DNA of 59,198 bases, filler included, from Sphacelaria rigidula (Eukaryota), in assembly GCA_964200075.2 (NCBI GenBank). It is 9 parts of 9 records of this genome, joined end to end, with 100 filler letters (N's around TTAATTAATTAA, not from the genome) between each part and the next. Parts side by side here need not be neighbours in the genome. Positions count along the whole stretch, not along the records: positions 13,179 to 19,667 come from CAXNAA020019778.1; positions 19,768 to 26,256 come from CAXNAA020019779.1; 7 more parts are not named here. One strand, given 5' to 3'. How positions within the stretch are numbered: the first letter of the stretch is position 1; every line of letters starts with the position of its first letter. Positions 13,244 through 23,622 of the stretch are shown one piece after another. The notes beneath the pieces were generated by a model. That model worked only from the letters and a program-made list of their open reading frames with translations, searched no databases and was not told where the DNA came from. The translations under genes and the position numbers were made by a program.

Positions 13244-13444
13244 GATGACCTGAGACGTGCGAATTGTCGCCAACAAGTGTATGTATGCAAACGGCAACCG
13301 GAAACACCCAGGCACTGCAGCAAAGATATACCCGCCGACACAGTCGTGTATGCCAAGCGAAGGGCCATACTGTTTTTTTTTAGCCCGAAAAAGAAAAGAG
13401 GTGCATAAAAACCCTTGAGGTGCCGATTTCCTTTTTTCAGGGGC

Positions 13445-13630
13445 AACACCAGGAGAATCATCTACAGTACTGTTGTGAGGGGCAGGCGACACACCGACAC
13501 GTGGGGGAACACCTACAGTACTGTTCGATGAAACAGAGAGAACGCCAACACCAGGAGAAGCATCTACTTTACTGTTGCGAGGGGCAGGCGACACACCGAC
13601 ACGAGGGGGAACACCTACAACAGTACTGTG
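13445..13630 (+). repeat. ~101-bp tandem duplication inside a degenerate exon-like block
   Basis: CAACACCAGGAGAA.CATCTAC..TACTGTTG.GAGGGGCAGGCGACACACCGACACG.GGGGGAACACCTACA occurs twice. Confidence 0.9.
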
Positions 13631-15505
13631 CGACTGCAAGGGCAAACGAGCGGTGGGGTTGGAAGTGACTGCGACAGCGGGCGCAACAAGGGGGCAGTGA
13701 ACATACTCTGTTGAAAGCCTAGTCGCTCGCTGCGAGGAGGAACGTTCATTGCGACCAAACCGGGGTCTACCGTTGAACAAATGCACGCCTAATTCACTAA
13801 GCAGTACATCCTGTCTCACTAACTGCTGAAACCCGTAAGACGACGGTGAAAGCAAGAGTAGAAAAGTGGAGCAAGAAGCTGAAGTCGAGGGGAGCAAAGT
13901 GAAGTGGGGCAAGTGGGTTGCGCATCAACCTCATCAAGCCCACCGAACATAACTTCCCATAACCGAAAATGCAACTAGCCAACGTACCACAAACACATGA
14001 TAGACCACACTCCAGTTGATCCACAGCCCACATCTCAGCCTGATCCACAGTCCACATCTCTGGTTAGTAATCCACCACACAATCGCTTCCTCATACGTCG
14101 AACCATAGCCACACTCCTTCATGGTTTGACATCCTCCCAACTTATCGATTTCATCATGCCCTCATGTGAATAAAACCCCGAAATACCCGAAACTTATCCG
14201 TGGCTATAGCACCCCTGTTTGACCGTCACATTCAGGGTACAATCAACCATCATACACTTGCGGGGAAATTGGTGCGGGCAAAAACGATTAAAACGGTCAG
14301 CAACGACACGTTTTCGGTTGTCTTTGACACGCATGCGGCCGCCGTTCGCCCTATACAGAACGGATTCATGTCAAACAAACACTGCCGTGTGTAGATTAGC
14401 AAGAGCTTGCAGTGCACCTAATGCTGGTGAGTGGTGGATGTCCGTGCGTGTTTTTCCGGGGCTCGGTGTGTAGGTGTTGTGTTGCCTTGTTGTGCATTGT
14501 CTGCAGCATTTCACAGACCTTGGGCCTGCTCGGACTAACGACCACTTCTAGACCCGCCGCATTCGTCAACCTGGGTGTAGACCTAGGTTTCAATTGTACA
14601 GACCTTCTCGTCGATAGGACTCGGGACAGACCGTCATGGGGCCAATCCCCTGTCAAGAGGGGATCGTGAAAAAGGGGATAATTCCCTTCGTTAAGAAAGG
14701 CCCTTAGGGTTAGGGTTACAATTATTCGGAATGCGTCAACACCTGCACAACCCATAATTTTCCAAGAAACATCTGTCAACTACCGAGTGGTAAAGTCACC
14801 TCGTTGTCGGCACCTCATGATTCATGTCAACCATGTTTTTCCGACCATTTCGTGAACAGGCCTCGTAGGGTTCGAGGCTACATGCAGGTGGAAATGCACG
14901 ACTGCGGACGCAGACGCAGACGGTATCACCTCTGACTACCGCCTGCACGCTGGTATACGTGAATGTTTCACCTTGTTTGCAGGCATCGGTAGCCGGCACC
15001 AGATGATAAAAATGTGGGCTTCCGAATTCAAAAGACAACAACGCGGGATCGGTCATGATAAAGGGTGGCGGTTGAAATAAGGATCCACCTATATAGGTGG
15101 ACATACGTTTTGCCTTTCAAAGCCATCAAACGAGACCCTGAAGCGGGGTCTTGTCAGAAGTGTTATCACTATTCAAAATATCACTTTTGGAGAAGTGATT
15201 GCCCCCACAACGACCAGTGCTGTGTCATATCGACAAGCAGTCTTGTTCCGATCAAAGCCCAGATCTGCGCACAGGTAAAAACGTTGCGGCGGTTCTGGAA
15301 GTGACCGTTGGTGCTATGTCTATGTCCTGCTGCGGACAAGACGCAAAGAGGTAGCACAGCGCCGACACACCTAGCCACGAAAATAGAAGGATAGATATTC
15401 ACCACTAACGCGCATTAGCTCAAGCGCAAGCTCTCCAGCATCCACACACGACAGCCTTTGTTTGACGGAAACCGTCCTGTATTAGATGAAAGGCGGCCGC
15501 GTGCG

Positions 15506-16158
15506 TGTCAAATAGCAACCGAAAACGTGATCCAGCTGACTGTTTTTGAGCTCGGGCTGCGCGCACATCTCACGCAAATCATCCTTTCTCGCGGAATTCT
15601 GAACCGATTTGAGCAAGGTCACGCACAGCGTGCTCAGGTGATAAACAGCAATGAATGGAGCGGTGTGTTTTGCTTTGGGCGGGCAGTGCGATATTCAGGT
15701 TCACGTTTGATTGTCTCGACCTCTTTGTCAAGACTCGGTTATGCCCCTGTCAACGGGATGTTTCCTGTTCCCCTTCGAGGTGTCACGAAATCACTCTCAC
15801 AAAAGTGATTTGAGGAAGTGTTTTTTCACTTCCTCAAATCACTTTTTCCACAGTAACGTTTGAACACTTTTCGGGGGGGTGGTATCACAGCATCAGATCA
15901 GCGGTCGTTTTTCTCACAAAGGTGATTTCTTGAAAAATGATAATCACTTCTGATAAGACCCCGCCTGATAATCACGTTGCCCTTCGAAAACCGAAACACA
16001 CCGTCCCAATCACCGCTGCTCATCAGCTGAGCATACTCTGCGTGACCCTTCTCAGATCCGTTGAGAACTGAACCATACCTCACGTGGTGATTTGCGTGAG
16101 ACCGTCCATCCAACTCACAAACAGACGGCAACGGCATGTTTTCGGTTGGTGATTGACA
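15506..16158. mobile_element. Foldback/MITE-like element with ~195-bp diverged inverted arms and a central perfect hairpin
   Basis: 15506-15699 is homologous to the reverse complement of 15964-16158 (CAACCGAAAAC, TCTCACGCAAATCA, GGTCACGCA, TGCTCAG.TGAT, CGGTGTGTTT); 20-bp perfect stem 15801-15820/15827-15846 with a T6 loop. Confidence 0.8.
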
Positions 16159-16427
16159 AGAAATGGGGGGTGCGGGGGTTATCGTAGAAGGTGCCACGAA
16201 AAAATGGCCATGCAGCGCCTCATGGTTGGGTTCAGGCTGCATGAAGCGCCTCATAATGGCAACATAGACCAGAACGAACCCAAGCGTGGGAATTCCCAGC
16301 TGCTATGTTTGTGCTCGGCTCTTTGGGGGGAGGGGGTCGTCGTAGGAAGTGTCGTAGGCGAACAGGTAGCATAACCCTGGCCTTTATTTTGCGCGCGCAG
16401 GCGAGCAAACGACGAGGTCCCGACAAT

Positions 16428-16797
16428 ATTGTCTTTCCCTTGCTCCAAAAAATAAATCATCCCCAAATGACCAACCATCCATCCATCAATCCATCCAATA
16501 AATTAATTAATCCATCCATCCAATAAATTAATTAATTAATTAATTAAATTTATTTATATATATTATACGATTGTCTTTCCTTTCTCCAAAAAATAAAATA
16601 CAAAACCAACCAACCAACCAACCAACCCATCCCCAAACAATAATTAATTAATTATTTGATTATATATCCTGCATAGCGCTAGAACGAGAAAGTACGGAAA
16701 TTTATTGTCTATCCCTTGCTCAAAATAAATAAATAAATAAAATGACCATCCATCCATCCATCCATCCAATTAATTAATTAATTAAATAAATTAAAAG
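16428..16797 (+). repeat. AT-rich ~138-bp tandem repeat, 3 units with nested (CCAT)n, (CCAA)n and (TAAT)n
   Basis: ATTGTCT.TCC.TT.CTC.AAAA recurs at 16428, 16570 and 16704. Confidence 0.85.
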
Positions 16798-17122
16798 AAT
16801 ATATGTAGCAGTAATAGGATATATAACAGCAAAAGTACATATTGAGCCTTGGGTGATCGCCGCTATCGCAGAACTTGCCCAATTTTGGTTCACTTGTTTA
16901 TAATAACGGCCACCCTACCTCCCACGATGTGTGTAACACGAACAAGAGGCTGGACTGAAAACTCACCCCAGCAAAATGTTGTCGCCAGCACCTCGTTGGT
17001 AGGATCTGCGACCGCTGCCACCTAACCCTCCATCTCTAGACTCGTTCATTGATGACAGCCCACTTCTTTCTGCACGAACAACCCTCGTAGACCTGCTGTG
17101 AATGCCGAACCACGCTCCCGTA

Positions 17123-17830
17123 CCCTTAGAGCTAGGGGTATGTCAGGTGCTGAATCGGCATCAATCATTACTCGGAGAAATGATCGGTGATCCATATGGA
17201 CTATCCGCACCGCGGTTTAACCCTTAGACCGCGAGGTTAGTCTTCTGTTGAATCGGCATCAATTTCAACTGAAAAATAGTATGCGTGATCCAGGAAGACT
17301 AATCTCGCGGTGTAAGGGTGAACCGTTAGACCGCGAAGTTAGTCTTCTGTTGAATCGGCATCAATTTCACGTGAAGAAAAACATGCATGATCCAGAAAGA
17401 CCAATCTCGCGGTCTCAGGGTTAACCCTTAGACGGCGAGAGTAGGTCATCTGCTGAATCGGCACCAGTTTCAAGTGAAAACAAAGTACGCATGATCCAGA
17501 AAGTCTAATCTTGCGGTCTATGGGTTAACCCTCAGACCGCGAGCTAATCCTTCTGCTGAATCGGCATCAATTTCAAGTGAAAAAAGTATGCAAGATCCAG
17601 AAAGACTAATCTCGTGGTCTACGGGCTAATCCTTAGACAGCGGGAGTAGGCCAAACGTTGACTCGACATCAATTCCGCTTGAAACAAGTATGCATGATCC
17701 AGGTACTGTAGACTACCCTCGCGGTCAAAGGCTGTACCCTTCGATCGCGAGGAAAGTCCATCCGAATCAAGCATTCTTTCTCGGGTGAAAATCGATACCG
17801 ATTCAACAGAAGGCCGATTCTCGCCGTCTG
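17123..17830. mobile_element. Tandem array of seven ~98-bp piggyBac-like mini-elements separated by TTAA-like tetramers
   Basis: Units start at 17123, 17221, 17323, 17425, 17529, 17630 and 17737; each is CCCTTAGACCGCGAG..AGTC...GACT..CTCGCGGTCTAAGGG with a conserved core TGAATCGGCATCAATT...GATCCAG; junctions TTAA, TGAA, TTAA, TTAA, CTAA, TGTA; the last unit is inverted. Confidence 0.85.
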
Positions 17831-18965
17831 TCAGCCCCCCATCAATAATATCGCTCCATCTGTCCGCATTTATGAGACACGGAGTACAATCGAGGTGAAC
17901 CTGGAGTCATGGGCGGCGATGTCGAACCCCACCAGGATCGGCCGCTGACGTTGATGCCGGCAATATTTGCATTGCCCGCCTGCGACATAGCGTTTTTCGT
18001 GAACAACTCTTCATTACTGCATGGCGGAGCAAATCACGGATACAATACTAACATATGGGGGTCGCCCAGCCGTCTGCTGAAGATATCTACGGCATGGTGC
18101 GAAATGGACACCATACGAGAGTCGGCGGCACCTCTGCTGTCATGTCCTGCAAACGACCGCTTCGGAACCCCGAAACTCTTTCTCGAGGCTTTTATTCGAC
18201 ACGCCCGCTTATGCCTTCAACACAGCGGAGGGGATGGAGAGGAAGAGGTGAGAGCCTACCAGATGCGAGTACGGGACGTCCATAGAAACACGAACGGCAA
18301 ATGAGCATGATGCCCGAGCCATGCTACGATAGGAGGGGGGAGGGGGGGGGGGCAAGGGGTTATACCCAAGGGAAAAATGTGCCAGTAGATGAGTGAAACG
18401 GCCTGAAACACTTGCAATCCACTTTTACTTGAGTCAAAGCTGTGTAGAGAACAGTATGAACGAGCGTTTTTTCTCGGGAGGAAGCGCGTTCGAACCAACG
18501 CTGGCAGCCTTCAACGGCGATTAAAGTGATCAACCCCACAAGACGAAGCCCCCCCCCTACCCCCCTCTGCCCCCATCGTAGCATGACTCCTCCACACCCT
18601 CTGCATCGACACACACACACGAGTTCTTTTTATTGTGCAAATACCTCAACACTACCGTTGGCTGACTCGCCTGAATCCAGCATCGATGCGACAGGCTCAT
18701 GTATCACTTGGCTGTGGCATGCGTGAATGTTGTATTGATCTTTCACGCCAAATCCAGGAGAGATTCCACACCGAAGCACTGCAGAGCTACAACCGCGGGA
18801 TCACGGAACTCTTGAGGTCGAAGATGATATCATGGGAGGCAGTAGTGCGCTGCACTATGTGGGTGAGAGCCGCCGAGATGGTGGAGTGTTGCGGAACCGC
18901 AGTCAATTCCCTCGCGCTGTATGGATTAGGAGAACATAGGTACTGCACGAGCTGGGTCAGCTTAA

Positions 18966-19060
18966 CCGTTCGACCGCGGTGGTCCACCTGAAGCATGAAT
19001 CATTTTCCCCCCAAAGATTGACGCTGAATCTGCAGATGATCTACTCTCGCGGTCAAAGGG
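18966..19060. mobile_element. Solo copy of the TTAA-flanked mini-element
   Basis: TTAA|CCGTTCGACCGCG...CTCGCGGTCAAAGGG|TTAA, with TTAA on both sides. Confidence 0.85.
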
Positions 19061-19667
19061 TTAACAGCGGCCAGTTGTTTACGCTTCAGCTTTCCCACTT
19101 GCCCGAATCAATCCGTATAAGCATAACACTGTGAAGTGCAGACCAGCAGCGTAAAACACGGCGACGCCGCTGAACGAACAACGAAAAAGAAAACAGATGC
19201 TCTGCGTAATATACGAGACGCGAACGACGGACGAAACAAAACTAATCCGTCGGGGTTGGAACTATCATAACCTCCATAACTGGAGTCTCTTGCGCCACTT
19301 GAATTATATCGTCGCCGCCAAGTCACGACCAACGTTGCGCGCCCGGCCCAATGCGACGAGTCTCGAGCTGGAATTTCACGCACACCTTCTGAACTCATAG
19401 AAGCGAACACTGAGAGATCAACCGCAGATTCTCGTGTGTTGTACTGGACTTACGACGTTATCTTGATTTAGCCGACATTCTAAACCCCACCTATAGCTTT
19501 GTTGTCCTTTTCCTACGCTGCTCTCGAGATAGTTTGCATGTCGATCATAAGAAGCTGTTGTCGAGATAGCAGCGTCCAACTCATCATTTATTTGATGCCA
19601 TGGAATCATCCTACGATAGAGGGGGGGGTATTTTGGGCCATTTGTTGCTCGAAATTTCGAGTGAGAG

Positions 19668-19767
19668 NNNNNNNNNNNNNNNNNNNNNNNNNNNNNNNNN
19701 NNNNNNNNNNNTTAATTAATTAANNNNNNNNNNNNNNNNNNNNNNNNNNNNNNNNNNNNNNNNNNNN
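19668..19767. other. Artificial contig linker
   Basis: N44-TTAATTAATTAA-N44. Confidence 0.99.
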
Positions 19768-21344
19768 GCTCCTCCGCTCCACAGCACAAAAACAACCAGA
19801 GCACCCCCCCCCCCCCCCCCCCGCGCACATGTGGACGGGGTGCCTTTGTGCGCATGCTGGGCCAAGCCACCCACGTCACTTCAAGATGCATGCATGTGTG
19901 GTAAAATGTTTCCCAGCATGACGTGAATTTTGCCTTGACGGGCGTCTGTGAAAGGAGATATTGTAGGGTAGCGCAAGTGTTGAAATTTGAGACCCGTAAG
20001 CTGAAATTTGGATGATTAGAGGAGGCGGTTTCGCTCAGAAGGCCGAGTTCCCTCCTCGATGGCGACGCGTTCATGTGAACAAATAGAGACAGTGAGGTAC
20101 TATATTCGTAGATGCATGGGGGGTGACTATCGAACGGATGTTGACGGTTTCGTGTGGAGCGAAATAGGGTCGTGGTGAGCACCGGTCCGGGTAGCCGAGG
20201 CTTGGCCGACCTCACATCGATCTCCAGCTCTACGTTAGCGCTCTCTCATTGTAAAAAAATAAAGCATTTCAACCCTTTTGACACTGGCGATGGGAAAGTG
20301 CGGATTTCGAGGTGCTGCTCTTTGAACGACATATGGTTGAATTTTCAGCCTTCACGCACAACTATCAGCCCGACGCGTGTTTTTCAGACCCGTTGAAAAA
20401 TATGCCCCACTGCAACACGGGACTCACTATATATAAAATAGAGAGGTGGTGCCAATGTTCGTTTGTAAAGGCTTCCGTCACGCAAGTGCTAATTTGGGCT
20501 GTTAGCACAAAGTTGAACACACTTGACCTGCTGCGTCCCCTCACAGGACAAAACTACTCCGACCGCACCGGGGTGACAGTTTCGGTCCGCGCATGATGTA
20601 TGGTGGTGGATTCATTCGTGGCCTTCCGCCGTCAAATGGTTGCCGTCGGTCATTTCTGTTTCCATCTTATCTTCGTTGTCAGGGCTTGAAATAATGAGGC
20701 GCCTGGCCCAGGGACGGAAGGAGAGAGTTTCAAGCGGTCAACCCTTAGACAGCGACCTCCCCGCAGGTGGACTGAGATGGACTATGCCACATTTGGGGTT
20801 CAGAACAGCTCTTTTCTCGCTGCGCAAAACGCCTTTTTTCACGAACATGTGCATGTTTGGCGTCTACACAGACAATAGTCCTTGAGAACCTTGAGCCGTT
20901 TTGACGTTGCAGCCAATTGCATGCAGACTCAGTAGTATGTGTGCCGTATGTCTTCGCTGGATACAACAGCGAGGAACAGTCAGCGTACCATCGCTCTTCA
21001 CTGAACACAGTCTACGACATGCCCTACTGATGTATCTGCTCAGTGTTCCACTATGACACTCAGGCAGGCGGCATAGACCAAGAGCAGAGTGAAAAGCACG
21101 TTGTTCGTGTCCATGCTATTTATGGTTGAATTGTCACCACTAAAAAGGGAAATGCGGCTAGAGAGCGAAAAAGGCCATCTGTAGGGGAACAAAATGACCA
21201 TTTTGACAGCCGTGATTGGTCAGAATGGTCACTCCGATCCTCTTGGTCCTCTTTCCTCGCTTATTATTTTCCGCGGGAAACTTCCGAACATGGTTGACTT
21301 GGTGAGCTTTTCAGCTGTCCTGCGAACGTGCCCCCACCCCCCGT

Positions 21345-21652
21345 CAACGTATCCCCCCCCACCCTGGTATGATGAGACACCCATGAGGCAGTGTATAAGC
21401 CGTGACTGTCTCTGGAAGTAGCAATACCAGAAAATGAAGCAACTCATTGTAGGCTACCATCCAAATGCAAGATAATCGGTAGGCTTCGGGCCGAATGATC
21501 TTAGCAGGATGCAGCTCACCCTTCATGCGACTCGCCGAACGCACCACGGCGCTTCGAGCTTGGTGATTTGAGGGCAAGCCTGGTCCGGCGAAACCTGGCG
21601 TGCTCCGTCCTAGCTTTGTAGGGATCGAGATCAATAATCATATGACTATGGC
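21345..21652 (-). mobile_element. Dispersed repeat family (probable non-autonomous DNA element, CCMTAGT termini); related segments at 27029-27317 and 32122-32385 (opposite strand), 52324-52610, 26050-26256 and ~42195-42233
   Basis: Shared blocks TAGTCATAAGA..A.TGACCTC, CCAGGCTT, GGCGAGTCGC, GAGTTGCTTCATT, CTTCCAGAGA across four contigs. Confidence 0.8.
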
Positions 21653-22845
21653 ATGCATGATCATGAGTACACCCCACCCCCTGGGAACCCAGGGATGTTC
21701 CTGGACTGTCAGCCTGTGAAACCGTTCCGAGACGATGCTCGCCGTCTAAGGGTTAAGTGGCAAGCGGTCAAACAATACCATTTTTTTTTACGATACATGT
21801 TGATCAAAACAATTACGCCTCTTGATCTAACGGTTGTGTACGGCGCGACTTATTTGCAGGTGGGGTATGCAAATACGAGTGTGCAGGTCGCGAACGCCTC
21901 CAGAACCAAATCCACGATAACCCCAATTTCAAATCGAAATACCTGCACACAAGAAACAGCGGTCCGTCGCAATCCACAGCAGCCCACAGCGGGGTAGGCA
22001 AAAAAGGATCTTGCGGTAGGGCAGGAGACCACATTCGTCGGCGGCGATGAGCCCTCTGCCCGATATTGACGAGCACAGTAGTATCGAGTTCTTGGTCAAC
22101 CAAGTACCGCGCATGCTCAATTGTATGGATGCGCTGAACACACCGACTGAACGCGCATCAGCTGCTTGCTATCGAGAATACCGCTTGTTGCACTGCTGTT
22201 GTACAAGACACCACGCTGTCTGTACATTATGCATGCTGTCAAGGCGGCACAGCACGAGTAGGAGGAGTGTTCCTGTAACGTACTACTTGTCAACTGCACG
22301 GAGCACTACAAGCCCTGTATGGTATAATACTACTGTACCACCGCTGTCCGTTGTCCGCTGTAAAGAGTGTACAGTCCGCACAGCAGGCAGCAGACAACGT
22401 TACTTGTAGTGCAATGACGGTGTGATGATTTCACAAGTCCACCCTTCTCCTTGCGTGTATATGGCCGTGTATCGTATACTATAGTACCCAGAGTACCGCA
22501 GTATCCATCAACATGTCATTATCTGCCCGGATACACTGTTTTCCCCCGCGTAGGCTGCGGCGGGTGTGGACGGTTGTGATTACGTAATCGCACATACACA
22601 TTGGACCCATGGGGGTAAGTTGAAGTGCGATGATCAGCTAATCAATCAATCAAACGCATGACAGGATTACGTTTTAACACTCAGCTGGTGGCCCGTTGAA
22701 GGTGTGTACACCACTTGGTCGTCGAATGTAGGTGTTTGCACTCAAATCAAGTGAACAAATCCGGGAAGGTTCTAGTCGACCAAGTGGTGAACATTGTTGT
22801 TGTCCATAATAACGCCGCAGCATCAACATTCTATTTGTTCTTAAA

Positions 22846-22917
22846 AAATTCCCTCAGAAAAGTGCTTCAAGAAATTCCCTCAGATAAGTGCTTCAAGAAA
22901 TTCCCTCAGAGAAGTGC
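22846..22917 (+). repeat. 26-bp minisatellite (AAATTCCCTCAGAnAAGTGCTTCAAG)x2.8
   Basis: Visible tandem repeat. Confidence 0.95.
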
Positions 22918-23014
22918 CCCTTGGCCGCGATGCGGGTAGTCCATCTGAATTAATATGCTTTTCAAGTGACATTGATACCGATTCAGCAGGTGACCTACCC
23001 TCGCGGTCAAAGGG
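22918..23014. mobile_element. Solo diverged copy of the TTAA-type mini-element
   Basis: CCCTTGGCCGCGA...TTGATACCGATTCAGCAG...CTCGCGGTCAAAGGG|TTGA. Confidence 0.8.
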
Positions 23015-23386
23015 TTGAAGATTCCCGGTAATATCGAGCAGAGAACTCATCGCCGCGTACGTTTGCGGCATCCCGCCTCACGACAAAAACATTTGTCCGG
23101 TTTACTGCCCTGCTGTGAGCTACTGTGGAGTGCGATTTTTGTTGTGCCCAACATCTGAAATTGGGTTTCTTGCGGTCTTGGCTCTGGAGGCGATCACGAC
23201 CTGCACGCTCTTATTTGCACGCCAACTTCAAATAGGTGGCGCCGTTGTGTACCTAGATATATGTCTGAGTAAGAGAAAAACGGGGTCAGCACATGCTCGC
23301 CCGAGGGTGAGCGTTTACCGCTCTGGCTGGTGACATTTGGCTGGAATAGTGCATGATCACTACCGTATTATTGTGCAGTGTCTCAC

Positions 23387-23622
23387 CAATCCCAGCGCAT
23401 GACCACGACCTCAGCCTCGATATCTCGCAAGGCGAACACCCCCACGCCCTCGAGATTCGAAGGGGCTAACTTCACATAGGTCCGCTGGAGGCTTTGTATT
23501 GCCATTTCCCGAAGCATCGATTCCTCGGCCGCACCCTTGTCTTTCTCTTTCTCCAAAACGGAAGCTCTCAGTCCCATGTTTTTCACCCGTTCGTCTGTCG
23601 CGTGTCTGTTGCTGTCCACCAA
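23387..23622 (-). pseudogene. Exon encoding the N-terminal half of a SET domain, part of a degenerate multi-exon gene extending to ~25500
   Basis: RTYVKLAPSNLEGVGVFALRDIEAEVVVMRW matches SET motif I (V..S...G.GVFA..DI....VV); ends at a TTG|gtgag donor; upstream exon-like blocks carry stops. Confidence 0.7.

Larger units (their letters stand above)
21825..23260. mobile_element. Long inverted repeat pair (~240-bp arms at ~21825-22070 and ~23025-23260), probably a long-TIR non-autonomous element
   Basis: TGCAAATA.GAG.GTGCAGGTCG.GA.CGCCTCCAGA.CCAA...CCCAATTTCA...TCCACAG.AGC.CACAGC...GCGGCGATGAG..CTCTGC.CGATATT is present on opposite strands. Confidence 0.75.

Noticed and set aside
17123..17830. 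CRISPR array
   Set aside because: The spacer-like cores are homologous to each other, solo copies exist with TTAA flanks, there are no cas genes, and the context is eukaryotic
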